Source of the DNA: Phyllosticta citribraziliensis
Lineage: Eukaryota
Direction: 5' to 3'
Length of the DNA: 64,000 bases
NCBI RefSeq assembly: GCF_038025025.1
Contig: NW_027117345.1
Span: 1,860,001-1,924,000 of the forward strand
Below the pieces are notes generated by a model. That model was not told the DNA's origin. It worked only from the letters and a program-made list of their open reading frames with translations, and did no database searches. Made by a program: the position numbers and the translations under genes. Each line of letters opens with the position of its first letter. The first letter of the stretch is position 1. Below, piece by piece: positions 36,476 through 48,837 of this stretch.

Positions 36476-39400
36476 ATGGCTACCGATGGGGAAATCAATG
36501 CCGCGCCAGATGGCAGTCCTCAGCAGGAAAAAGAAACCACGACCTCACCAGATACCGATGCGTCTCCTGGACCGAAGCTTCGCGACGAGGAGCACGCCTA
36601 CAACGAGAAGGGCGCCATTGAGGTACAGCATGCTGCCGCTTCAGACACGGACTTGTCCTACGATGTCCGCAAGGAGGACCGCTTCGGCGAGGTCGTTGTC
36701 CTGAGCGATGCAAAGGACCTCGTCACCCACGTTTTGCACGTCGACGAGTTTTTTACCCCCAAAGCACTCTTTTGCAGCCGAGTGGTGCTGAACAAGTCGC
36801 CAGTGACCCAAGCTTGAGCCCATGGACGTTCAGAGCCATATCAATTGGTTTGTCTCCTTTGCGCGATTGATTCATCACTGCTTCTGCTGATCTGGCCTAG
36901 GAACCGGACTGTCCATTTTCTCGTCTGTTCTGCAGACAATCTTCTACTTCAAGCCTGTACGTCGCTTCAGGAACCCATATCATCTGCGCAGTTGTCCGTT
37001 GCTTTTCACCATCGTGCTTGAGCTTTGGACGGTCTAGACCTGTGCTGCCCTGAGACGACGTCCAACATTCTGCCTCTTCTCCACACGCTGTCCACCGAGA
37101 GAATTCGCTGACTTTCGAGCTTGTAGCAAGTCATTTACATCTCTGTCGTATTTTTGGTAAGTTCAAATCCCAGGGGCATCGACGGCCTCTGCTTGGATCC
37201 AACCCCTGGATCCCGAAGGCCCACAACATCTTTGTTGCGCACTGCGTCTCTTATACATCTTTGTCCAGACTGTAATTGCCTACATCATCGGCGAGGGAAT
37301 GGCCCTCATCCCACGAATCGGTCCCGTCGGCCGATTCCTGAACCCTTTCCCCTTCAACTCAAAGGAGCACGCCTTCATCGTCGTCATGGCATCGGCAGGT
37401 GCGACCAGCGCTGTCGCTACCGAGATTCTCGCAGCGCAGAGGCTGTACTACAACGAGAAGCCCAGTGTAGGGGCGGCGGTCTTCTTGGTCATCTCGGCGC
37501 AGTTGTTGGGATACGGAATCGCAGGGCTGATGTACGTTGTCTTGTGTCTCGGGTTCTTTTGCTTTGTTTTACCATTGGATTCGGAGATGACTGACTCTGA
37601 AACCACAGGCGCGAGGTCTTGGGTATGCTACCCAATGTGATTGAAAAATGACGCACCCGATGAACTGACATGACAATCACTTCAGTCCAGCCGACGAGGA
37701 TGTTATGGCCCATCAACATCCCGGTCAACTCCCTGTTCGAGACGCTGCATCGAGACCGCACCGAGACGTGGAAACGACTCCGCGTATTCCTCATCGTCTT
37801 CTTCGTCATGTTCTTCTACGAGATCATCCCGGTGAGAAGTTCCCAACCGGAGATAAATACGCCATGGCATCCGACTGACGTATAGGTGAAAAGGAGTGGA
37901 TGTTTCCCCTTTTGCAGGGCGTCTCGGTATTCTGCCTCGCCAACCAGGACTCCCTTGTATTCACAAACCTCTTTGGCGGGTCTCAAGGCAATGAGGGGCT
38001 GGGCTTCTTGAGTGTCAGCTTCGATTGGCAGTACATTGCCTCGCTTGGCTCCCCTTTGTGGATGCCGCTGTACACGCTGACCAATTCCTGCGTTGGGTAT
38101 TTGCTCTGCATTTGCGTGAGTCCAGACCCTCCCTGTTGACCTCTACCAAGACTGTCGCTTGAGCAGCATCGAATATGAGCTGAACCCAAACATGATAGCT
38201 TTACATGGGACTGTATTACATGAACGTATGGCGAGCGAAGGACGTCCCTTTCATGTCCCAGCTCCTGTTCGATCCTAGCTCCAATTTCACAAGCTACGTC
38301 GAGTACAATCTGACAAAGATTCTCCACTCGGACAACACCATCAACGACACTGCGGTCGTGGAGGCAGGCATCCCGTACTTGACCGCGACATACATCTCCT
38401 ATCTGATCACGACAAACATGGGCATCACGGCCGCTCTGGTGCACATGGCGCTTTGGAATTACGATGTGGGCATCTCCAGACGTTCATGATGCCACAGCTT
38501 GCTTACTGGGGGACAGGATATCAAGTACGGCTGGTCGTTTTTGAGGCCATCCGCGCTCAAGAAAGTCCTCAACCCCTCGTGGTGGAGATTCTGGGAAGGC
38601 GGAGAGACCCAAGAAGAACACAAGCAGCGAATCCTCGCGGATCCGTCGATGGATCCTCACTACAAGTATGTCCGCTTCTGTCTTTGGCCGTTTGAGAAGC
38701 CTAGTACTGACTCATCATCATCACAGGCTGATGATGCAAAACGGCTACAAGGAAGTGCCGCAATGGTGGTATGGCATAGTTCTTGTTGTCACCTTTGTCA
38801 TCGGCATGGCCACGCTCTACGGAATCAAGAGCACCCTGCCCTGGTGGGGATATATCGTCGCCAACGTCTTTGCGGCGATTTTCATCTTGTTTTTCGGGGC
38901 GCAGATGGGCCTGACAGGTCAGATTACTCGAACTTTCGCCGTGGAAACTTTTCTAACTATACGCAGGCTTCCAGTTCAACCAACAGCCAGTCCTCCAGAT
39001 GTTGGCAGGCTACCTGCATCCCGGACGGCCACTCGCCAACATGTACTTCACGACGTTTGGGTACAACGGCGTGTCGCAAGGGCAATGGCTCCTGCGGGAC
39101 CTCAAGCTCGCGCAGCTGGCGCACCTCTCGCCGCGGTCCACCTTCACGGCGCAGATGCTGGGCAGCATCATCGGGGCCGTGTTCGACTACATCATGATGG
39201 AAACCATAGTCGACAACCAGTCAGATATCCTGAAGTCGGTCGAGGGCTCCAACATCTGGTCCGGCCAGAACGTGCAGCAGTACAACACGCTCGCGCTGGC
39301 GTGGTCCATGGCCAAGCACATGTTCAGCGTCGGCGCCCGCTACCAGTGGGTCACCATCTCGTACCTGATCGGCTTCGTCGTGCCGTTTCCGCTCTGGCTG

Positions 39401-39982
39401 CTGTACCGAAAGACCAAGATCCGCTTCTTCCAGTCCGTCAACCTCAGCATCATTCTGTGGTACATGGGATGGCTCTTTGTCGGCGTCAATTCGTCCATTT
39501 TGAGCTACTTTGCCCTCGGCTTTTTTGCGCAGTTGTGAGTTCTTCCCGCTCCTTTCTCGTCCTACTGCCTCTCTGTTTAGCTTATGCGCTGACATGGTAC
39601 GTACGCCTCTACCACCTACCTCCGCAAGTACAAGCCACAGTGGTTCGTCCGGTGGAACTACCTCGTCTCGGCGGCGCTGGACGGCGGCACGCAAGTCATT
39701 GTCTTCATCCTCAGTTTCGCCGTCTTCGGCGGCAGTGGCAAAGGTATGTACATGCGCTCTTGGACACCACCGCTCGATCTTTCAGGACGGGAGGGATCAG
39801 GCGAGAGCTGACTTGGGTGATAGCGCACGACTTTCCCCTGTGGGCTGGCAACAACGGCGGCATAGCGCAGAACAAGAACATCGACTTCTGGTGAGTCTGC
39901 CTGCGACCATAGTAGTGAAGACCAAAGACTTCTAGCTTCTGACAACGCGTATAGCATGTACAATCCCGCCAACGGAGGTTGA
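36476..39982 (+). CDS. OPT-family oligopeptide transporter (isp4/OPT-like), many exons
   Basis: Spliced motifs DDPSLSPWTFRA, FLNPFPFNSKEHA, SAQLLGYGIAGL, LFGGSQGNEGLG, DPHYK..YKEVPQWWY, PGRPLANMYF, DLKLAQLAHLSPR, WNYLVSAALDGGT, FPLWAGN, and MYNPANGG* at 39980-39982. Includes a 14-nt exon (37609-37622) and a 30-nt exon near 37127-37156. Confidence 0.92.
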
Positions 39983-40358
39983 TTCTCCCGCTCGCCGGAG
40001 CAGAAGAGTGTCCAGTTCCTCGACCGCGGATCTACGAGTGCAATCGGGGAAACAGCGAGCTGTTGGGTGGTAGGGGTTCCGTTTCTGCAAGGCCAGCCAG
40101 GCCTTGCTCCGCATGGAATTTGGGACGAGTCCATGCCATGATCTTTTCTTTTCTCCACGACACGCAATTTTGATGCCCTGAAGTAGTAGTATTTTAGAAG
40201 AAAGTTGAAATTTGCAGCTCACTCAGTACCGCACGCGATTTGATGGCCATTTCTCGAGGGGAGAGACGCTTCCGGGCGAGGCGAATTGCGCACTGCGCAT
40301 TGCGCATTGAGCTGCGGAATGGAAGTCAGTTGGTCTTCTTGCTCGTGAGGGAGGCGTT

Positions 40359-40535
40359 TTGGGGTAAGGTTATTGGATCTCGGGCGGCGGTCCGGGACTC
40401 ACTCGGCCTGGCTCACTCATGACTTACTTCTTTTGACGCCCGTTGTCTGCATCTCTGTCCGCCAACAGGTCAGGCGCACACACGGCGAATCGTACGACTC
40501 GACTCGTGGCTCGACGCAAAAGGACACTTGTCGGT
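40359..40535 (+). repeat. Diverged direct repeat, copy 2 (partner at 32618-32810)
   Basis: See copy 1. The ~70-nt core differs only by a few C/T substitutions and small indels. Confidence 0.9.
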
Positions 40536-41866
40536 TTGCCAGCTGTTTTCTTTTCTGGCGCGGCGGCCACGAGAGAAAGAAGAAGATGCCGATGGTGCTG
40601 CCGGCTGGCTGGGCTGGCTCGCTTGCCGCTGCGCCCTGCATCCGTCGCCCCTTTGGGCCAGCGAGCGGGTCACCCTGGCCCTGGCTCTGAGCATCTACCC
40701 CATGTATCTACCAACCTATGCAATGCGATGCCCGTTGGGAGCCTCACCTGGCCGCCATCAGCCGCATTCACACTGCCGGTGTAGTGCCGTCGCCTCAGCC
40801 GACTCCGAAAGACCCTTCCTTGTCAAGGAACCGGCATGTCTGCACGCCCATCTATCGTCTCTCTCTCTCTCTCTGTCTGCCGGTCGTCCGCCAGCTCGAC
40901 CATTGACATGACAGCCCCCAGCCGTCAGCCGCACGGCACGCAATCAAGTACACGCGCACGGGGCCAAGACACCATCACCTCATTGCTCAACACGTGTCGT
41001 GTCCCGCCGGTACGTTGATCCTGAGGGTCGGCAACACGCATTGATTCAGGCGGGCAGGCAGACAGTCCCATCGTTTGGGCCACCTTCATCTGCTGCATGG
41101 GATGAGGTGCCGGATGCAACAAGACGTGAGAAGCGACCTGGCTCGCGTGCCAGCGGTCCGGCCCACCATGTAGGCACGGGGTGACAGCCAGCGGAAGTAT
41201 CACACCAAGGACGAGCGTTCCAGGCACCGATGACCGCTGCTGGCTGCAAGCAGTAGTTGCCGGACCGCAGGTACAGTACAGTCGCTGCAAACAAATTGCA
41301 GGCACGACTCTCTCTGAATGTTCCCATGACTCCTGTCCAGGTATATTGTCCCTTGTGTCCTACTCTAAACACCAAATGTCCAAAGAGAGCCAGACACGCG
41401 TGCAAGCGAGCCAGCCAGCCGTCAGGCAACGGGAAAACAACGGCCTCCACAACTTCCGTAAATGGGGCGGATATGTGTGATGGGTAACGGGCAGCCAATT
41501 CCAGCTGTGTGTATGTCTCTCTCTCCCTCTCACGCACCCACGCATAGCACAGTGGTGCCGTGCACAACACACGCACGCGCCGCTGTCCTCCACCTCCGCC
41601 TCCACCATTACTCCATACGTCTGTGCATCATTTTCTCCACACGAGACCCCCTCCCCGCCGCTCCCCTCCCCGTATTTCAGCCCCTGCGCCGTCTGTCTGT
41701 GTGTCCATCACGCACATCTTCATCACGCGTTCGTCCTTCTTTCTCCGTCCGCCCGTCCGAAAAGACCCGATGCAATGTCTGCGTAAGGGAGCCAAGGAAA
41801 GGCGCGTGGGGATTGCCGCCGCTGTTTACCCGTCCAATGCATGATAGATTGAGCGCTTTGTTCTCT

Positions 41867-42257
41867 TGCGCCACCAACAAGGCGGCGCCGGCGGCGATTG
41901 ATGTGCGTCGGTAGCGGTGGCGTCAAGTGGCGCAGTGGTCACTCGAACAGCTGGACAGGAGGACAGCAGAGACTGCTCTTTACTGGCGGCGGGAGTAGTA
42001 GTGGCCGGATGTGGTCCTTTCTTCGTGTCTACAGATGCAGGAGTGCCGGTGCCAATGCCGATGCTGATGTGTCAGTATCTTAACGGCCGCCGGCACTGCT
42101 GAATCTAGCCGGTGCTTGTCAGCCTGTCTCTCCTGCCTCGCCTATGTCTTGGAAAGGATTTGAAGGCAGAGAGGGGGCAGGAGGATAGACTGAAAGAAAG
42201 GAAATAGTAGAAGAATATAGAAATTTAGGAGTAGTTATATATAGAGTATGTATAACT
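41867..42257 (+). ncRNA. Candidate structured RNA: array of five adjacent stem-loops
   Basis: Hand-found stems at 41867-41934, 41936-42007, 42033-42106, 42119-42193 and 42233-42257. Many G-U pairs work only on the + strand. A CT-rich leader-like tract lies upstream and there is no convincing ORF. Family not identified. Confidence 0.4.
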
Positions 42258-42727
42258 TAAATAATACCAGCTACTACCTCTTCTGCTGCTACTTCTTCCT
42301 TAAGGTGCCGACGCGCGCTGAAGCTTGCTGATGGTGAGCTATGTTGAGTGTCGCAATGTGAGCGTTTTGTGGAAGGGTGAAGGAGATGTTGTCCTCTCTC
42401 CTTGATGAGAAATAGTATGATGGTGGGGTGGTGGTGTGGTGTTGTTGGGTGGGAAAGGGGGTAGGGTGAATGATTTGTCTGGTCTGATATGGTCTGGTTT
42501 ATTGTTGCCTTGACTGCCGTGAACAAGAAGTATGTGTCCATGTGATGGAGAGAGTCTTGTGCTGGCTTCTTGTAGTGTGCTGCAGTGACTTGTGGGGTTT
42601 TACTCTGTTCTTGGTGTAGAGCCCGAGCCCGAGCCCGGGTGCTTACTCTCGATTGTCTGTCTTTGAAGTCTTTCAACACGCCTTTTCCGCTCCCTTTTGT
42701 GTGGTTGCGTGTGCCCCAGAGGTACAG

Positions 42728-44550
42728 CTAATCGCTGAATCCACCCCACTCATCACCCTCCTCTTCCTCTTCAGGATCACCGACGCCTCCTTCAGCAGCC
42801 CCTTCCATCTCCTCGTCGTCCCCTTCGTCTTCTTCTCCGTCCTCCCCATCCCTCACAAACCCCACGACAAAGAACCCCATCGTCCCCTCCTCAGTCCCCT
42901 TCTCACACCTCAAACAAGCCTCAGCCACAACACCCCTATCCGCCCCACACTCAACACCGACCAAACTCTCACACGCCTCTCGTGTGCCCCTGACGGCCCA
43001 CCTCTTCATGCCCTCGACCTGCTCGTCGCGGCGCAGCACGCGCCAGCCGCGCCGCCGCGCCACCTCCGACGCCAGCGCCCGCAGCACCACGTGCTCGTTC
43101 TCTGCCGCGTGCACCGAGCACGTCGAATACGCGATCTTGCGCGCGCGCGCAAACGCCATGGCGTGTGTGACGATTTTCAGCTGGAAGGCCGCGAGCGCCG
43201 CGAGCCGCTTCTGCAGCTCGGCGGCTGAGGCGGCTGGGTCGTCTTGCTCTTCTTCTGTCACGCTGACTGTCGTGGTAGTGGTGTTGGCGGCAGATTTGCT
43301 GCCGTCGTCGGTGGCACCGGGTTTGCTGCGTTTGCGCTTTTTGCCGCGCGTGTGCTCGTTTGCCGCGTTGCTGCTACTGGTGGTGCTGGGCAGGACGAGC
43401 TTGATTGCGTCGTCGCGGCCGACGATGCCGCTGCCGGAGCAGCTGGGGTCGAGGAGGAGGGCGCCCACGGTGGACGCTTCGGCAGCGTGCTGGGGGTCGA
43501 GGCGGGTAAAGTCCTGGTTGGCCTTGACGGTGATGAGCCTGGCCGCATGCGCCGTCTCAATCATCTTCTGCAGAATCTTGGAGCGCTCCTTGTCGCGCTC
43601 GCAGGCAAAGATGTGCTGTTTTGGCTTCTGGCTCCGTGCCTTTGCGGCCTTGGTGACGAGCGCGGCCAGATGCGTGGTTTTGTTTCCCGGCGCGGCGCAC
43701 GCGTCGATGATGTCGCCGTCCTCGGGCTGCACGTTCAGTAGGTACGCCGGGAAGCACGATGCCTTGTCTTGGATGATGAGCTGCCCCTTTTGGTACGCCG
43801 CGTTCTTGGTTAGGTCGGCTCGCGGTGGCAGGGCTATCAAGTCTGGGATGTTTTCGTCTACGTGCAGCACCTTCGCGCTGGCTGGAGCTCTCATGACGTC
43901 GCGGAGGCTCTCTTTCTGCTCGTACGAGGAAAATGTCGACTTCAGCTGCTCATCCAGAGTGGTCTTGACAGAGTTGATGCGAGCCCATCGCGGGTGCTCT
44001 GGTTCTTTTGAGTCGTCACCGTCATTTTGCTCATGTCCATCGTTGATGTGCTGTCTAAATGCGTCGACGGTTGCAAAACCTCTTCTCACTCGGATCTTGG
44101 TGAACTCGGCGTTTAGACGTGCCTTGTGCCTGGTGACGGCGAGTCTCAAAACATGGTCTGCATGTGCTGCAACACCTTTCTTTGAGAGAAGCAGGTCATG
44201 CGTGAGAAGAATGGCAAGAAGGGGAGTCAGCTGTAAAAGTCAGTGGGTGACCTCAACTGAAGCGCATGGTGTCTTGGTTGGACACGGCAGAGAAATGAAC
44301 GTCTTGGCCGAAGAAAGACTGTGATCAGGGGGCTGATGTTGGAACCAACCTTCTTCTCAAGACCCAAGATGCCGCTCTTCTCCACGACATCCTTGAGGAT
44401 TGGCGACCATTTTGTCGACTCGGTGACCAGGGCAAATATGGATGCCTTGTTGCTCTTCAATGACTTGTCGCCAAAAATTCGGGACTTGAGCGAGCCTCCT
44501 TTCTTGTTGGCATTCTCAATCACACTTGCTGCTTCATAGTACAGCGACAT
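42728..44550 (-). CDS. RCM1: 25S rRNA m5C methyltransferase Rcm1/NSUN5 (NOL1/NOP2/Sun family), 2 exons
   Basis: MSLYYEAA start; intron 44231-44349; motifs PRWARIN, IIQDKASCFPA, IDACAAPGNKTTH, LLDPSCSGSG, YSTCSVHAAENEHVV, GTMGFFV. Confidence 0.93.
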
Positions 44551-45168
44551 GTTGAGGCTTTGGGCGAAGCGCGGGATTGGCGAGTTTTTTCAACGGCCGG
44601 AGTGCATGAGAAAGGTTGTGGCTGTGTGGCGCTCGCCGACGACGATAAGACGTGGCCGCTGTGGCTGGGCCACCCTCCTCAGCCAGACATCTGAATCTTA
44701 GATAGTTACCAGTCTCTTGGATGCGCGACCCTTTCTGATGACTGATTGCAAGTATTTCCCGTCATGTCTCCTTTGACCTGGGAGAGGAGGAGCGGGAGGT
44801 TGGCATATCGAGCGGCCCGCCATGCAGATGGCTGCAGCCCGCCTTCCAAAAACTAAATTATATGAAGGTCGCCAGGTGGCTCTCTAGCCATTGCACTCCT
44901 TGACATTGCAGGATAAAGAAATCTACAATCCATAAAACGAAAGGCATTGGTGCTGGTTGTCGTTCGAGACGTCTTCTTGCGGCCCAACTTCGCTCCCACC
45001 CTGTCTGTCATCGACCGTTGCCCGGGTGATCTTGGCGTACACAGACCGCGCGACCATAACCCGTCGCCTCCGCACAAAACTCTCGCGTATACCCAACATC
45101 AGCTGCCAGACACGCCCCCACAACCCACACTGTCTCTACGAGAACCCGCAAGCCTGAGCAAGGCTCCA

Positions 45169-47150
45169 ATGGATCCTAAATCTCTCAAAATGGCTGCTTC
45201 TCCATCGGGCACCCCGCTCTACGCTCTCTCCCCCGAACGACTCAATGGCATCCGCTCGCCCCACAACGGCAGTCCGAATGGCCGCGAAAACTACTCACGG
45301 GGCAGCTTGCCTGCGTCTCCCGCTGAGATCAAGCTCGGCAGTCCCCCGAGAATGTCGCCCACGCGCAACTCGGACGCCCATGTTCAAGGCATGGTTGCCC
45401 GCTTCAACACTCTGGATATCCGCGACCCAAAGCGCGACGAAGCGGTCATAAGGCGCTTGGAAATGGCGAGAGAAATGGCCGAAAATGACGCACGAAAGTC
45501 AAAAGAGCAGAAAGAAGAGATAGAGCGTCAAGCATACAAAGTCCGAGAAGAGGCCCGCAAGATGCGCAAGGAGTTGGAGGATTCGAGAGATCGCGAGAAG
45601 AAGGTCTCGAAAAGGCTAGAAGGCGTCATGGTGGGCTTCCCAGAAGTATGTCCCTGGATTTTACAAACACTAACAATCCTTAGGAGGAGCTGCACCGCGT
45701 CAAGGAGACCCACAGCCATGCCCAAGGCCTCTACGAAAAAGAAATCCGAAAGGCCCGCAAGGAGGCCTTCAAATCCTCGTCCGCACTGGTCAAGCTGCAA
45801 GAAGAACTCAAGGGCACCCGCAACTCCCTCCGCATCACACAGTCTGGCTTCGAATCGGAAAAGACAAAGGCGGAAAAGCGAGAAAGGGAGGCTTTTGATG
45901 CACAGTACAAGCTCGTCGGAGTTCAGGAGGAGCTGCAAAAGATGCGGGAGCAATTCAAGGTGCTTCAAGAAGAGCGCGATGCGCTCAAGACGAACCTACA
46001 GGAGGAAGAGGTTGCCAGGATAGCTGCAGAAGGCATGATCGCACTTCCGCCTGCGCACAACGAGGAAGACGAGTTTGCGTCACCAAAGCGCTCGCCGAGA
46101 AAGGTTCCTCAATCTGAAGCCTCTGGAAACGACATCTTCGTCCTGCCAGCTCGCGATACCGAGCTCGACGCATTGCAAGAGCAGCTCAATGAGGAGCGTC
46201 GGCGGAGAGAGCAGGCAGAGGATACCGTGGACTACATGAAGATGGAATGCCAGTTCCAATGCTGCTCGTGTCGTGTCGCCGAGATGAGCGGAGGAAACTA
46301 CATCCACGACGACACTTTCGAACAAGAGATGGCCAAAATCAGAGCGAGCGCCCCTGCGACTCTCACTCCACCACCGACTGGGGATGATACTCAAATGGCG
46401 GATGCCGCAGACCACCCGACTGTGCCGGTTGAGAAGCCAGCCACTCCTCCAGCTGAAGAAGTGCAATTTTGCCCTGTCACTGGCACATTCCGCACATCAC
46501 CTTCCAAGCCAGACGCAGCGGAGGAGAAGACGGCGACGGAAGACTCGATAACAACGTCAGCGGACGCCTCCGCCGTCACAGCACTCGAGGTATTACCACC
46601 CGTCGCGTCAGCTCCTCCCACCTCGTCCACCAGCTTACCACAGCGCTCCCGCTCAGCTACTCCCTCCTACGAGCCCACAAACAACAACAACCAACGCTAC
46701 CACCGCCAACGACCCGCTCCAGCAGCAAATCCCCCACGAACCCCTTCCGTCGCCCGCCGCAACCCCAGCTCCTCTTCCCACTCCTCCCAGCACAACCACG
46801 GTCACAGCCAACCCCACCCCCAACAACGGCACGACCACCAACCTCAGCAACAGCCCCCAGCTACCCCCGGAAATCACTTCGTCCGCACCATAACGACCAC
46901 GACCACCATCCCCCTCGTCCTCGACTCGCCTCGTCCCGCCTCGGCTATGGCAACAGACATGGCGGATGCGGCCACGCCTTCTCTGAGCCGCACCCCGTCG
47001 CTTAAGGAGCGCCCCTTTGACCGCGAGGCCGCGCTCGAGCAGATCCGTCAGCGTCGCATGCGCTCGCGCAGTGTGGCCGAGGGCCGCACGACGCCGCTCA
47101 AGCAAATGGTCGAGCGGCGCGATTGGAGTGCTCCGGCGGCGACGCAATAG
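45169..47150 (+). CDS. Hypothetical coiled-coil protein with a CQFQCCSCR motif, 2 exons
   Basis: Intron 45631-45683 (gtgggc...ctaac...tag) joins the 44947 and 45942 ORF frames. Long heptad-like E/K/R-rich region, Cys cluster, low-complexity C-terminus, and FDREAALEQIRQRR near the end. Confidence 0.8.
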
Positions 47151-47853
47151 ATTGGGTCGTTGTGTTTTGTGTCTGTGGGTGGCGGCATAGTGGTGGGTGA
47201 CGGGTGCTGATTGATTCCCCCTTTTCTTTCTCCTTTCTCTCTCGCGCTTTGGGAAGCTTGGCTTTTGTTTGTGCTGTCATTTTCCGCTTTTCTCTTTCTT
47301 TCTACGTCCTTCTTACTGGTCAATGGACTGGTGGTACTTGTCACAGCGACACATATATGCGATGCACCGGGACGGGACGGGACGGGCCTTGAGCTCGTGT
47401 TGAAAATGCATGGCAAGCGAACCGCTGGACTGATCACCCAATCAATCATCAATACCGTCGTTGCGAAGGCGGTTGGTTTCTTGGACACAGGCAGACTCGA
47501 GCTAGCAAATAGGTAGACAGGCTGGCAGACAGGTCAGGCAAGGCAGGCAGGCAGGAAGGCGTTCAAAGGCGTCGATACCCCGGGGCTCTTGGACGTTGGC
47601 TGGTAGATATGCATTCTTTCTCTTTTGCCTCTCTCTCTGCTATAAATTGGCTCCAAGTACGAGGCTATGCTTGTACTTGTGCTTCTTCTCACGTTGCCTT
47701 GGGCTCCGCAGAAGGAGGAGATCGCGAATGAAATAGGGAGAGTGGGCGATTGACGTTTTACAGAGGGGCCTGATGCTTCTTGAGGGCATCTTTATGCCAT
47801 AATTGCAATCTGGCAGAGACGTTGGCAAACGCTCGAGATACGTTGATGATAAG

Positions 47854-48837
47854 ATGCATCAGTCATTCTCACACTGTGTGACTGAAGAGCTTGGGCCTGC
47901 CCGCGCACTTGGGCTCAATGTTGCCTGGTCATTACGTCAAAATATCAATCGAGGAGAAAGAGCCCGATGTTCACACTGTGGACTCGCACTAAGAAGATTC
48001 GCCGGATGGAACCCGATTGAGCCAACGCAGATCATTTGTATGAGGTGCAAGGAATGGTTCAAGCCTCACAACGAATTACGTCCCCACAGAAAGATCATAC
48101 GCCAGGAACTCGAGCTCCATTTGCCAGCAGGATGTGCGAATGTCCATTGTCATCGTATCATCAAACTCGGAATGAAGAACGAAGCCATACTCGATCCGGA
48201 CAGACAGATCACATTCCAAGTCGCTGTCTGGCATAAGGAGACTTCTACATTCATATGCAAGAGCTGCTGGGACTACCAGCACAGACAAGCGCGGCTGGCA
48301 AAGTATGCCGGAAAGGGCCTTTTGTGCAAGACCTGCGGAAAAACGCTGTCTGATTCCGACGCTGCATGGCGATCAATCTGTCGGGCTTGTATGGGAACAG
48401 CAAAGCTTAGGGACGGAAGAGGCCTCCCCCATGGGGCATTGTGCAGCAAGTGTAACCGCATCCTCTCAAAGTCTGATCGCGCGTCTCCGATCTATGTCTA
48501 CGCGGATGATGGAACTCATATCGACTATCAATGCTCTGAATGTGTCTCCGTACAAAGAGTGAGTGCTGCCGCCAGGACTCAGCTACTATCGCTGCAGGAA
48601 GATCTTGAACGAATACCAACGAAAGGAGAAACGCAGAGATGCCCGTCAGAGGCAATACTGGATCTATCGTCGACCAAACTGCATTCAGGAAGGCAAAGAA
48701 GAGCTCGCCCGCATGACTCGGAACTGATTCGCCATGATATTCAACTACAGAAAAAGATGAACGCAAGTCATGGAGGAATCAAAATATCTCACGACATCTG
48801 GCAAAACTTGCTAGTGGAGGAATCAAGATACTTATGA
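47854..48837 (+). CDS. Cys-rich protein with four pairs of CxxC-type knuckles; first unit is GATA-like
   Basis: CSHC-x19-CMRCKEWFKPHNELRP; CANVHC...CKSC; CKTC...CRAC; CSKC...CSEC. Start placed at the first ATG of the 344-aa ORF. Confidence 0.6.
   Translation: MHQSFSHCVTEELGPARALGLNVAWSLRQNINRGERARCSHCGLALRRFAGWNPIEPTQIICMRCKEWFKPHNELRPHRKIIRQELELHLPAGCANVHCHRIIKLGMKNEAILDPDRQITFQVAVWHKETSTFICKSCWDYQHRQARLAKYAGKGLLCKTCGKTLSDSDAAWRSICRACMGTAKLRDGRGLPHGALCSKCNRILSKSDRASPIYVYADDGTHIDYQCSECVSVQRVSAAARTQLLSLQEDLERIPTKGETQRCPSEAILDLSSTKLHSGRQRRARPHDSELIRHDIQLQKKMNASHGGIKISHDIWQNLLVEESRYL

Noticed and set aside
42258..42272. ATAATACCAGC, resembling part of a TPP riboswitch
   Set aside because: Lacks the CTGAGA and TGAT..GG elements and the following GAAAG; no thiamine gene nearby.
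40200..42300. Telomerase RNA as the explanation for the hairpin array
   Set aside because: No TAACCCTAA-type template found on either strand by eye.
42984..44324. Long antisense ORFs (446 aa here; also 5955-7016, 52421-53488, 55856-56542)
   Set aside because: Shadow frames of GC3-rich genes on the opposite strand.
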